Positions 52,494-63,588 are shown, counted from the first letter of the stretch. The stretch: 64,000 nt of DNA from Candidatus Moanibacter sp. (GCA_965215885.1 CBDCEW010000093.1:1-64000), one strand, 5' to 3'. The notes: generated by a model not told the origin, from the letters alone. Numbers and translations are program-made.

Positions 52494-54387
52494 CAGGGTA
52501 AAAGGATTCCAGGAAGCAACTAGCTGATAAGCAAGAAGATAAAAAAAGAGCTAAACAAACCCGAGGGAATCAGTCATGTTAAGATGGGATGAAAGACAAA
52601 AAATCTTACCAACTGAATCCTTCGATAGATCGTTTAACTCTGCGTCTGGTCCTGCCCGAAGAGCAGGAGCGATTCAATGATCTATTGAAACAACATCATT
52701 ATTTACACAGTGCGGGCAGCGCAGGAGAGACCCTGCGCTATGTGGCGCAGATCGACGGGCAATGGATGGGCCTGCTCTTGTGGGGGGCCGCATCCTACCG
52801 GCTGAAGGATCGAGACGAATGGATCGGGTGGGACGGGGCGCAACGGCATGCACGATTGAAACTGGTAGTACAGAACCGGCGTTTTCTGATTTTGCCCGGG
52901 GTGGATCTTGCAAATTTGGCCTCCAAGACGTTGGGTATGTGCCTGAGAGTCTTAGCCGATCACTGGCAGGAGGCTTTTGGCTATCGTCCCTTAGTAGCGG
53001 AAACGTTCGTGGACCCACAGATTCACCGGGGCACTTGCTACGAAGCGAGCGGGTGGACGCCCTTGGGCTTGAGCGCGGGATATGGCCGCCAACGCGAAGA
53101 TTTCTATCAACGCCATGAGCGTCCCAAGCAGATCTGGGTCAAACCCCTCAAGGCTAATGCCCTTGAGCTTTTGCGCGCTTCAGGGCCATTGCCCGCGGCA
53201 CAGAGCCAGGCGCTCAATGAAACCGATAACTCCCATGCGGTCTGCCTCAAAGTGGAACAGATGAGCAGCCTGTGGGAACGCTTCAATCAGATAGAAGACT
53301 TCCGTCGTAAAGCGGGCCTTAGATATCGGCTCGCCACGGTCCTGAGCATGATTGTGCTCGGCACGATGTGCGGCAAACAGACCCTCAAGGGCATCGTGCG
53401 CCTGGCCCATCATCTCAATCAAGCCCAATTGCGCGCCTTACGCTCCTGGAAAAACCCCAAAACAGGCCGCTATAAGGCCCCTTGCTATGATGTCTTCTAT
53501 CGGGTCTTGCAAAACGTAAAGGCCGAGCTCTTCGATAAAACCCTCACCGAATTCATCTGCTTACAAGACGGCTGTTTGCCCCGCGATATTGCCGTCGACG
53601 GCAAGACCCTCAAAGGCACAAACACCGAAGAATCAAAGGCTCTGCACCTGGTGGCCGCAGTCGATCACCAAAGCGCTCAAACCTTAGCCCAAGTCGCTAC
53701 CGCCGATAAATCCAACGAGATCACCGCCGCCCAGACTCTCTTGCGAAAGATGCCCATTTTGGACGGCTCCACCTTCACCTTCGACGCCATGCATAATCAA
53801 AAAGAAACTGCCCACATCGTCGTCGAAGAACTCAGTGCTGACTATGTTATTCAAATTAAAGACAATCAGCCCAACATGCATCAATACGCTCAGAATCTCT
53901 TCAGCTCCACCCCCTTTTTCTCCACCAACCCGTGGACAATGACCATGGGCGACTCGAAATACGTCAAATAGCAACCCATTCTCTAAGCGCTCCCTCTGCC
54001 GGCCTGCCCCATGCCCGCCAGTTCGCCTGTGTGCAACGCACCTTCCATTATCCAAACAAAGCTGAACCTTCCTCTGAACGCTCTTACTACGTAAGCAGTC
54101 TCGATCCCGCCGATTTGAGCCCTCAACAGTTCCTCTCGAAAATTCGCAACCATTGCTCGATCGAAAATAAAAATCATTACCCCAGGGATCGCTTCTTCGA
54201 TGAAGATCGATGTATGATCCGTAATCATAACGCAGCCAGAATTCTTGCTGCATGCAGGCAACTGGTTCTCAGCCTCAAGTCTTCCATGGGCGCTGAATCC
54301 ACTCCCGCACTCTGTGATGATTTCGTCTTTAACTTACATAAGGCCATCAATATCATCACCTAATGCTCCGAGAATCAAAATACCGTG
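52494..54387 (+). mobile_element. ISAs1-like insertion sequence, copy 3, 10-bp target duplication CCCCACTTCA
   Basis: Duplication at 52484-52493 and 54388-54397. 1894-bp body. Confidence 0.97.
52589..54363 (+). CDS. DUF4338-fused ISAs1-family transposase (two ORFs, -1 frameshift)
   Basis: Same as copies 1 and 2 except one substitution just after the slippery run (STKP to STNP in ORF1). Confidence 0.9.
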
Positions 54388-55779
54388 CCCCACTTCAAGC
54401 TCGATCAGTTTGGGCGCGTTGCCCCCGTCATTCTCTCTGAGGTGAATCAGGGAAGTTGCGGCGCTGCTGATACTCTGCACCCCACCGGGAACGAGTTTCG
54501 CGAATTCACCCCCCGCGTTCTGGCTCAGGCCGCCCACATCCGTCAAATTGAACCCGTTCAGATCCACGTTGCCCCCGAAATCTCCGCCCCCTGAAACTTC
54601 CAGCCCTCCGCTCACAAACAGATCTCCTTCCGGGCCCGAAAGTGTCATCCGCCGACGCAGAATTCCACCGTTGTCTCTTACAAGGAATTCGATCTCGGAT
54701 CCCTCCAGATTCGGTTCATTCCCTAAACCAATTGTCCCTACGGCTCCGACATCTTCAATTACACCATTCCCGTCCTCCACTTGAAAGAGGATGCCCGATC
54801 CAATCAGATCTCCTCCCGTATTCCCGGAGATCGTGTGAGTCAGGGTAAGCACGTTGGTCGTATCGCCCAACAGCGTATCCTCCACCGTAACACCCAATGT
54901 TCCCGTAATTCGAGTGTTTGCCTTGGCCATTATCGTCGAATCCGAGGCGTTGAGATTGATATCGCCGTTGAGTGCATTCAGGTTGATATCCCGGTCCGAA
55001 TTTAGATCGAGGTCATTGGTTCCACCTTCCGCCGATACGCTCAATGGACCATCCGCCGCGATACCGGGACCGACACTGTTGATATTGTATCCCCCCATAT
55101 CGATGGGACCAGCCATCGTGTCCCCATCCCGATTGACATATCGAGTATCGACATCGCCTGAATCGAGCTCGTCGAGATCGACGGATCCGTTCACGATGTT
55201 GTTGCCCGTGATCGTCTCAGAGCCGATCTTGTCGCCCGTTACGGCTCCATCCACTAATTGAGCGGTATCTACCGACCCGTCGGCCAGGTTATCCACCTCC
55301 CTCGCCACAAGCACCCGGGCAGAAGGAGCGATGCGCTGATCGGGAGAGAGTTGCTGGCTGTTGAACCAGAAACGGAGATAGCGGATCTCGTGATCCAACA
55401 GGACGGAGTCCGGTATCGGGTCCATGTTCGTGAGGCCCGTATCGCCCAGCAGAACCGAGACCAGTCCGTTGCTAACCTGGCAGGATATACCCATGTCCGG
55501 CACGTCCGCATTGAGCATTGAATTGCTCCAGAGAATCTGGCTGCTGTCGTCGATGATGGCGAAGCGGCAGTCGCCCGGGCCGTCCACGTTCACACCGTTG
55601 ACTACTACCCGAGCCTGGTAGTTGAAGACGTTATCGCCCGGTGACGATGCCTCTCCTATGCCCGTAAATAACAGCACCGCCATCGCGCTTATGAACAGCG
55701 CACCGATCGAATTCGGTCGGGTTCGATTCTTAATTATTCGGCTTCTCATACTCGAAGTGTCAAAGTGCTGTTCCGTTAG

Positions 55780-58700
55780 TTACAGCGCCACGAGATTTTC
55801 CGCCGCGCCGGATTCGAATTCAAAATCCAAAGTCACGGAAATATTATCTGCACTTTCGGCCACGGGGTCCAATAATAGCCTGATACCGATTCGATCCCCC
55901 GCCGAGACCGAAAACGATGTACTATCGCTGAAAACCACCCCTTGTGCGGTAACGTTCACAGTCATCAGAGTGGGACTTCCGTTCTTCATGACGGTCACGT
56001 TCAATCCAGATGATCCATCTAGCGTTGCCGATTCTACGTAAACAGACATCTTCTTAACAGAACCGGCCGAAAGGCATATCATGTAGTGTTCCTCGCTTCG
56101 GTTTTCCGTCTGAATTCCGGGCCCCACGAAACTGGGGATGTTTCCACTTAAGGATCCCTCAACCACGAAACTCTCGGTAGAGCGGGACTTGTGAACATGT
56201 TGATCGACGTCGATCCCGTCGACCAATCCCACTGGACTGATGTCACCGTTGCCGTCGATCCCGATGTTCATGGCATTGACCGTAAACGTGTTGTTTCCTG
56301 AACCCGCATCGACTGAGAAATTTCCACCGCTCATGAGGGAACCGTCCGCGAAGACGGTTGTTGCATTACCCTCTATGAAACTGGTCGCCATGACATTGCC
56401 CTGATTGTCGACTACGAACTGATCCGTCCCCCCAACTTCCAGTTCCATAAGATTGGGGGCATTTCCGCTCGTCTCGTTCAGATGCACCAGGGTCGTTGCG
56501 GCGGTCGAAACTGTCTGGGCAGAACCGGGCACGATCCGGACCAAACCGCTGAGTACGCCGCCGCCTGCGTTATTCGTATGACCGTGCGTGGCGTTGGAGA
56601 AGTCCGCGATCGTCGGGGTCGTCAAGTTCTTGTTCGTCAGGGTCTGTGAGTCGCTTGTGCCGACGACGCTGCCGGTGACCCCATGCACATCGGAGCCGGC
56701 GGCGGTATGAGCGGGCACATCGACTCCGTCCACCGTGCCCACGTTGATGATCTTGTTGGTTCCAACATCGAAGTTGCCGCTCATTGCGTCTGACCCGTCA
56801 CGTTCGAGATACTGCATGTGATCGTCGTCACCGTTGCCGGAGAGCTCGCCGTGATCGACCTGTGACCCATTGCCGCCGCCGCCGTGGTCATGTCCCGATA
56901 CGTCCACCCCATCAACCGATCCCACCGGGCTGATATCGCCGTTGCCGTCGATGCCGATATTCATCGCATCAATCGTAAATTCGCCGTTCCCCGAATCCAC
57001 ATCGATTACCAGATCCCCGCTCGATGCAAGCGAGCCGTCGGCCAGTACAGTCGATGCGAATCCAGCCGTAAAACTTGTCGCGGTGACACCCCCGGCATTA
57101 TCGACCACGAATTTAGCGGTCCCCCCGACTTCCACCTCGATGAGGTTCGGCGAACTTCCGCTGTTCTCGTTCAGATGAACAACGGAAGTTGCAGCGCTCG
57201 TAATGTCCTGGGCCGATCCGGGTACGACACCCACAAAACCGCTAAGGCCAAGCGCGCCCCCGCTCGGGTTGTCGGTATGACTGTGGGTAGCGTTCGAGAA
57301 GTCCGTCATCTTCGGCTTCGTAAGGGTCTTGTCGGTTAGGGTCTGGCTGCCTTCAGTGCCGACGATGCTTCCCGTGACCCCGTGCACACCGGAGCCGGCG
57401 GAAGCGTGAAGGAACACATCCACACCGTCAACCGTGCCCACGTTGGTCACGTTGTTGTTTCTCAGGTTTAAGTCTCCGTTAAACGTCGCCTCTCCGGCGC
57501 TCAATGTGCCGCTGATGTTTACGTTCCCTGATCCATCGATCGAAATGTTGTCCGCCATCACGATCAAGTCCTCTCCGGCCGCATTGCCCCCGGCCACATC
57601 GATCGTAAAGGCCGAACTGGTTGATTTCGTTATGCCCTCTTCCCCGAAGGTCGTTGAAGAAAATCCCGCCGTGTAGCTCGTCGCCACGACATCCCCGTCA
57701 TTATCGACGATAAACCGGTCCGATGGCCCTACTTCAAGCTCGATCAGGTTGGGGGTGTTGGCCCCGTCATTCTCTCTGAGGTGAATCAGGGAAGTTGCCG
57801 CGCTGTTGATATTCTGTACGGCGCCGGGAACCAGTATTACAAAATCACCTCCCGCACTGAGGCTGAGGACGCCCACTTCCGTCAAATTGAACCCGTTCAG
57901 ATCCACGTCGCCCCCGAAATCTCCGTCGCGTGATACATCCAGCTGTCCACTCACAAACAGATCTCCTTCCGGACCCGAAAGTGTCATCCGCCGACGCAGA
58001 ATTCCATCATTGTCTCTTACAAGGAATTCCATCTCGGAATCATCCAGATTCGGTTCATTCCCAATACCGATTGTCCCAATTGCTCCCACATCTTCAATTA
58101 CACCGTTCCCGTCCTCGACTTGAAAGAGGATGCCCGATCCAATCAGATTTCCTCCCGTATTCCCGGAGATCGTGTGTGTCAGCGTCAGCACATCGGTCGT
58201 ATCGCCCAACAGCGTATCCTCCACCGTAACACCCAATGTTCCCGAAATCTGAGTGTTGGCGTTGGCCACGATCGTCGAATCCGAGGCGTTGAGATTGATA
58301 TCGCCGTTGAGTGCATTCAGGTTGATATCCCGGTCCGAGTTCAGAGCGAGGTCATTGGTTGCACCCTCGGCCGATACGCTCAATGGACCCTCCGCCGAAA
58401 TATTGGGGCCGACACCGTTGATATTGTTTCCGCCCATATCGATGGGGCCGCCCATCGTGTCCCCATCCCGATTGACATATTGAGTATCGACATCGCCCGT
58501 ATCGAGGTCGTCCAGATCGACCGAGCCGTCCACGATATTGTTGCCTGTGATCGTTTCCATGGCGATCTTGTCGCCTGTAACCGCGCCGTCAGCGAGTTGA
58601 TCGGTGTCTATCGACCCATCCCGCCAGGTTCTCCACCTCCCTCGCCACCAGCGCCCGGGCAGTTGGAGCGATGCGTTGATCAGGGGTGAGTTGAGCGTTG

Positions 58701-59117
58701 CCGCCCCCCCACATCATCGTCGAACCAGACCCGCAGAAAGAGAATCTCCTCGCCATTGAAAGTGCCGTCCGGAATCACGCCCATGTTTGCGATGCCAGTG
58801 TCTCCAAGCAGCACGGAGAACAGTCCCTTCGTCACAGTCAGACTTACCGGGTCCGTCGGGATGCTGCTGACATCAAGCCCGGAATTGCTCCATAGCACAG
58901 CACCCGGTTCATTGTGGATGGCGAACCGAAAGAGTCCCTGCCCGTCGAAGTTCACTCCGTTGACCGCTACGCGGCCCTGGTAATTGAGGACGTTACTGCC
59001 CGCCTGCGGTGACGCTGCCTCTCCTATGCACGTGAACAGCAGCGCCGCCATCGCGCTTATGAACAGCGCACCGATCGAATTCGATTGGGTTCGATTTTTG
59101 ATTATCCAGCTCCTCAT
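55780..59117 (-). pseudogene. Fibre 4: YQGR N-domain, stalk, jelly-roll-like head (1111 aa when restored), with two +1 G frameshifts
   Basis: G7 at 58704-58710 vs G6 in fibre 5 (62191-62196), and an extra G near 58621. ORFs 58680..59117 and 55780..58560 are otherwise collinear with fibre 5. Confidence 0.85.
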
Positions 59118-59147
59118 ACTCGAAGTGTCAAAGTGCTGTTCTGTTCG

Positions 59148-62100
59148 TTACTGCGATACGATATTTTCCGCCGGGCCGGATTCGAATTGAAATTCCAAAG
59201 TCACGGAAATATCATTGACGAAAATTCCGAAGTTGGACTTGGAAAATTGGATGCTGATTCGATCACCCGCATCCACGGAAAATGATGAGGTAGAGGTGAA
59301 AACGGTCGGAGCCGACGAGACCGAAACAGCCATTGGAGTGTTTCCACCCATCTTATTTACGGTCACGCTCACGAAATCGCCTTCCCCAAAGCTTCCCCCC
59401 TCTGCTCGAACCTTCATCTTCTTAACGGTACCGGCCGAAGTGCATATCATGAAGTGTTCCTCGATAGCATTTTCAAACTGAATCCCCGGCCCTGCGTAAC
59501 CATCGTCCACGGTGCCCTCAACCACGAAGCTCTCGGTAGAGGTGGATCCGTGAAAATGCTGATCGACGTCGATGCTGTCGACCAGTCCCACTGGACTGAT
59601 GTCGCCGTTTCCGTCGACCGCGATATTCATGGCATTGACCGTAAACCCGTTACTGCCTGAGTTCGCATCGACTGCAAAATTTCCGCCGCTCGTAAGGGAA
59701 CCGTCGGCCAGGACGGTAGTAGCATTACCCGCTATAAAACTCGTCGCCATGACATTGCCCTGATTGTCGACCACGAATTGATTCGTACCTCCAACTTCCA
59801 GCTCCATCAGATTGGGCGTATTTCCGCTCGTCTCGTTTAAATGCACCAGGGTCGTGCCGGCAGTCGAAACGGTCTGGGCCGATCCGGGCACGATCTGGAC
59901 GTAATCGCTGAGCGATCCCCCGCTTGCGTTATTCGTATGACCATGGGTAGCGCCGGAGAAGTCCCCGATCGTCGGCGTGGTCAAGGTCTTGTTCGTCAGC
60001 GTCTGGGAATCGCTGTTACCGACGACGCTGCCGGTCACCCCATGCACACCGGAGCCGGCGGGGATTTGAGCGGACACGTCGACTCCGTCCACCGTGTCCA
60101 CATTATTGATACTATTGCCTCCAACATCGAAATTACCGCTCATCATGTCCGAGCCGTCCCGTTCCAGATACTGGGTGTGGTCGTCGTCAGCGTTGCCGGA
60201 GAGCCCGCCGTGATCGATCTGCGACCCACTACCGCCGCCGTGATCATGTCCCGATAGGTCCACCTCATCAACCAATCCCACCGGACTGATATCGCCGTTG
60301 CCGTCGATGCCGATATTCATCGCATCAATCGTAAATTCGCCGTTCCCCGAATTCGCATCGATAGCAAGATCCCCGCTCGTCGACAGCGAGCCGTCGGCCA
60401 GTACAGTCGATGCGAAACCCGCCCTAAAACTCGTCGCGGTGACACCACCGGCATTGTCGACCACGAATTTATCGCTACCCCCGACCTCCACTTCAATGAG
60501 TTTCGGTGAACTTTGGCTGTTCTCGTTCAGATGAATAACGGAAGTCGCCTTTTCGAATGGGGCGCTCGTGACACCACCGGCATTGTCGACCACGAATTTA
60601 TCGCTACCCCCGACCTCCACTTCAATGAGTTTCGGTGAACTTTGGCTGTTCTCGTTCAGATGAATAACGGAAGTCGCCGCGCTCGTAATGTCCTGGGCCG
60701 ATCCGGGTACCACACTCACGAAATTCCCAGAGCTAAGCGCCCCCCCGCTCATGTTGTCGGTATGACTGTGGGTAGCTCTCGAGAAGTCCGTGATCGTCGG
60801 CGTCGTCAGGGTCTTGTTTTTCAGGTTCTGGCTGCCGTCGGTGCTGACGATGCTTCCCGTCGTCACTCCATGCACACCCGAGCTGGCAATGGCGTGAAGG
60901 AACACATTCACACCGTCCACCGTTCCCACGTTGGTCACATTGTTGTTTTTCAGGTCCAGGTTGCCGTCAAACGTCGCCTCTCCGGCGCTCAATGTGCCGC
61001 TGATGTTTAGGTTCCCTGATGCATCGATCTCAAAATTGTCCGCCATGACGATCAAGTCCTCTCCTGCCATGTCGCCCCCGGCCACATCGATCGTAAAGGC
61101 CGTACTGGTCGATTTTGTTATGCCGTCTTCCCCGAAGGTCGTTGAGGAAAATCCTGCCGTGTAGCTCGTCGCCACGACATCCCCGTCATTTTCTACTATA
61201 ACCCGGTCCGATGACCCCACTTCAAGCTCGATCAGATTGGGCGTGTTGCCCCCGTCATTCTCACTGAGGTGAATCAGGGATGTTGCCGCACTGCTGATAC
61301 TCTGCACCCCACCGGGAACGAGCTTCGCGAATTCTCCTCCCGCGTTCAGGCTCAGGCCGCCCACTCCCGTCAAATTGAACCCGTTCAGACCCACGTTGCC
61401 CCCGAAACCTCCGCCGCCTGAAACATCCAGCCGCCCGCTCACAGACAGATCTCCTTCCAGGCCCGAAAGTGTCATCCGCCGACGCAGAATCCCACTACTG
61501 TCTCTTACAAGGAATTCCATCTCGGAATTATCCAGATCCGGTTCATTCCCTGCACCGATCGTCCCTATGGCCCCAACATCTTTAATTGCTCCGTTCCCGT
61601 CCTCCACTTGAAAGAGGATGCCCGATCCAATCAGATCTCCTCCCATATTCCCGGAGATCGTGTGGGTCAGCGTCAGCACATTGGTCGTATCGCCCAATAG
61701 CGTATCCTCCACCGCAACGCCCAATGTTCCAGCAATCTGAGTGTTTGCCTTGGCCAATATCGTCGAATCCGAGGCGTTGAGATTGATATCGCCGTTGAGT
61801 GCATTCAGATTGATATCTCGGTCCGAGTTTAGAGCGAGGTCATTGGATCCACCTTCGGCCGATATGCTCAATGGACCCTCCGCCGAAATCTCGGGGCCGA
61901 CACCGTTAATATTGTATCCCCCCATATCGATGGGGCCGGCCATGGTGTCGCCATCCTGATTGACATAGCGGTCATCGACATCAACGGTATCGAGGTCGCC
62001 CTGATCGACCGAGCCGTCCACAATGTTGTTGCCCGTGATCGTTTCCATCGCGATCTTGTCGCCTGTAACTGCGCCGTCAGCGAGTTGATCGGTGCCCACC

Positions 62101-62603
62101 GAACCCTCCGCCAGGTTCTCCACCTCCCTCGCCACCAGCGCCCGGGCAGCTGGTGCGATGCGCTGATCGGGTCCGAGTTGAGCGTTGCCGCCCCCCACAT
62201 TATCGTCGAACCAGACCCGCAGAAAGAGAATCTCCTCGCCATTGAAAGCGCCGTCCGGGATCGCGCCCATGTTCGTGATGCCCGTGTCTCCAAGCAAAAC
62301 TGAGAACAGGCCCTTCGTCACAGTCAGGCTGACCGGATCCGTCGGGAAGGTGCCTCCATCGAACCCGGAATTGCTCCAGAGCACAACACCCGGTTCATTG
62401 AGGATGGCGAATCGGAAGAGTCCTTGTCCCTCGAAGTTGCTCCCGTCACTACTGACGGCGCGCCCCCGGTAGGCGACGACGTTCGCCGGGTCCGGTTGCG
62501 GCATCAATTCCTGCACCGTCACAATGGACGCAATCAAGGTGCTTAGCAGAACTGCGCCTGGAATCGTTCGGCGAGTTCGATCTTTCCTAACTAAGCTTCT
62601 CAT
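59148..62603 (-). CDS. Fibre 5: intact 1151-aa secreted tail-fibre-like protein
   Basis: Signal region, AYRGR N-domain, LADGAVTGDKI repeats, RYVN.DGDTM.G, TLTNKTL repeats, four HxH motifs, DDDH.QYL, and a variable C-terminal head. Confidence 0.88.
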   Translation of the reverse strand: MRSLVRKDRTRRTIPGAVLLSTLIASIVTVQELMPQPDPANVVAYRGRAVSSDGSNFEGQGLFRFAILNEPGVVLWSNSGFDGGTFPTDPVSLTVTKGLFSVLLGDTGITNMGAIPDGAFNGEEILFLRVWFDDNVGGGNAQLGPDQRIAPAARALVAREVENLAEGSVGTDQLADGAVTGDKIAMETITGNNIVDGSVDQGDLDTVDVDDRYVNQDGDTMAGPIDMGGYNINGVGPEISAEGPLSISAEGGSNDLALNSDRDINLNALNGDINLNASDSTILAKANTQIAGTLGVAVEDTLLGDTTNVLTLTHTISGNMGGDLIGSGILFQVEDGNGAIKDVGAIGTIGAGNEPDLDNSEMEFLVRDSSGILRRRMTLSGLEGDLSVSGRLDVSGGGGFGGNVGLNGFNLTGVGGLSLNAGGEFAKLVPGGVQSISSAATSLIHLSENDGGNTPNLIELEVGSSDRVIVENDGDVVATSYTAGFSSTTFGEDGITKSTSTAFTIDVAGGDMAGEDLIVMADNFEIDASGNLNISGTLSAGEATFDGNLDLKNNNVTNVGTVDGVNVFLHAIASSGVHGVTTGSIVSTDGSQNLKNKTLTTPTITDFSRATHSHTDNMSGGALSSGNFVSVVPGSAQDITSAATSVIHLNENSQSSPKLIEVEVGGSDKFVVDNAGGVTSAPFEKATSVIHLNENSQSSPKLIEVEVGGSDKFVVDNAGGVTATSFRAGFASTVLADGSLSTSGDLAIDANSGNGEFTIDAMNIGIDGNGDISPVGLVDEVDLSGHDHGGGSGSQIDHGGLSGNADDDHTQYLERDGSDMMSGNFDVGGNSINNVDTVDGVDVSAQIPAGSGVHGVTGSVVGNSDSQTLTNKTLTTPTIGDFSGATHGHTNNASGGSLSDYVQIVPGSAQTVSTAGTTLVHLNETSGNTPNLMELEVGGTNQFVVDNQGNVMATSFIAGNATTVLADGSLTSGGNFAVDANSGSNGFTVNAMNIAVDGNGDISPVGLVDSIDVDQHFHGSTSTESFVVEGTVDDGYAGPGIQFENAIEEHFMICTSAGTVKKMKVRAEGGSFGEGDFVSVTVNKMGGNTPMAVSVSSAPTVFTSTSSFSVDAGDRISIQFSKSNFGIFVNDISVTLEFQFESGPAENIVSQ
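60439..60686. repeat. In-frame tandem duplication (period 129 bp) inside fibre 5
   Basis: ATSVIHLNENSQSSPKLIEVEVGGSDKFVVDNAGGVT occurs twice with identical DNA. It is single-copy in the paralogs. Confidence 0.95.
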
Positions 62604-62905
62604 CCTCGTAACGTGAAAGTGCCGTTGTTTCAGAATCAGGTCAGGTATCTGCCGGATCTCGGGACCGGCGAATTAGCGAAGAAATAGTTATCCTGCTATT
62701 TCAATTAATCGATTCTACTAGCCCACTCCGGTAGGTAGCGCAACATCAAAGCAGTGAGAATGGATTCTCATCCGGGCCTTTGCAGACCCGACACCATCGA
62801 GAAGATTTTCCCCACTATTCAATCCTGAGAAGAGTAGGTCGCAAAGAGGCACAAAAATCGCAGAAAATGTCGTATCGTAACGAAGAGGCGAATTAAGATA
62901 GTTCA

Positions 62906-63139
62906 ATGCCAATAGTATTTCAGAAGGACGGTTACAGGTTCTTCTTCTACAGCAACGAACACAGGCCGATTCACGTTCACGTACGCTACGGCGGTGGAGA
63001 AGCCGTTTTCTACGTCGAAAGTGCCGTGGAGTTACGGGAATCCCATGGCCTAAAACTCAAGGAGCTATCAAGAGCCCAAAGGCTTGCAAAAGAGCACCAA
63101 CAGCTTATTATTCAAAAGTGGCATGAACACATTGATTGA
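62906..63139 (+). CDS. DUF4160 family protein (putative toxin-antitoxin component)
   Basis: MP......GYRFFFYSNEH.P.HVHV...W..H, 77 aa. Confidence 0.88.
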   Translation: MPIVFQKDGYRFFFYSNEHRPIHVHVRYGGGEAVFYVESAVELRESHGLKLKELSRAQRLAKEHQQLIIQKWHEHID

Positions 63140-63377
63140 CACTGCACGCACTGCCTCAGTCCGCGATGGGCAGGTAATCATCTCTATGTGCAGCGGGGCT
63201 GAACTTCGGTTTCCAGTGGCGGAGAATCCCCGTCTGGCAAAGGGAACGCCCAAGCAGTTGAACAATCTCGAGCTTTCACCGTTCGGAATTCATTGGCCTG
63301 ATCTCGATGAGGATCTCTCATTTCGAGGGATAGCTAACGGAGACTACGGGCAACGGAGAGGCCAACGTTCCGACTAG
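63123..63377 (+). CDS. DUF2442 family protein (putative toxin-antitoxin partner)
   Basis: PRL...T..QL.N.ELS..GIHWPDLDEDLS. Overlaps the DUF4160 gene. Confidence 0.88.
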   Translation: MNTLIDTARTASVRDGQVIISMCSGAELRFPVAENPRLAKGTPKQLNNLELSPFGIHWPDLDEDLSFRGIANGDYGQRRGQRSD

Positions 63378-63588
63378 ATGAGCCCACCTGACGTGCCGAG
63401 TTAAGCCTCTGTTTGAAAGTCCGAATCAGTGCACCCCTTTTGTTCCGCATTGTCAGAGGTGGACCGGGACGGCTCTTTCGAAAAGCCCGGATGTTCATAG
63501 AAGTGCCAGCCGTCTTGGCCCCGCCGTACAGCTTCCCTCTTCGTTCCGCTAAAAGCGCAACACAAAGTCGGAATGTGCTACTCAGCCA

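Larger units (their letters stand above)
50555..55749 (-). pseudogene. Fibre 3: YQ(A)R N-domain, His-motif stalk, jelly-roll-like head (1096 aa when restored), interrupted by IS copy 3
   Basis: LIELEVG / PSARFIVDNDG rejoins in frame after removing the IS and one 10-bp repeat. Collinear with fibres 4 and 5. Confidence 0.9.

Noticed and set aside
50555..59560. Diversity-generating retroelement acting on the fibre heads
   Set aside because: No reverse transcriptase and no template repeat in the window. Head differences include indels and all base types, not adenine-specific changes.
43151..62603. Prophage, tailocin or shufflon
   Set aside because: No structural, packaging, lysis, integrase or invertase genes. 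All genes have signal-like leaders and one orientation.
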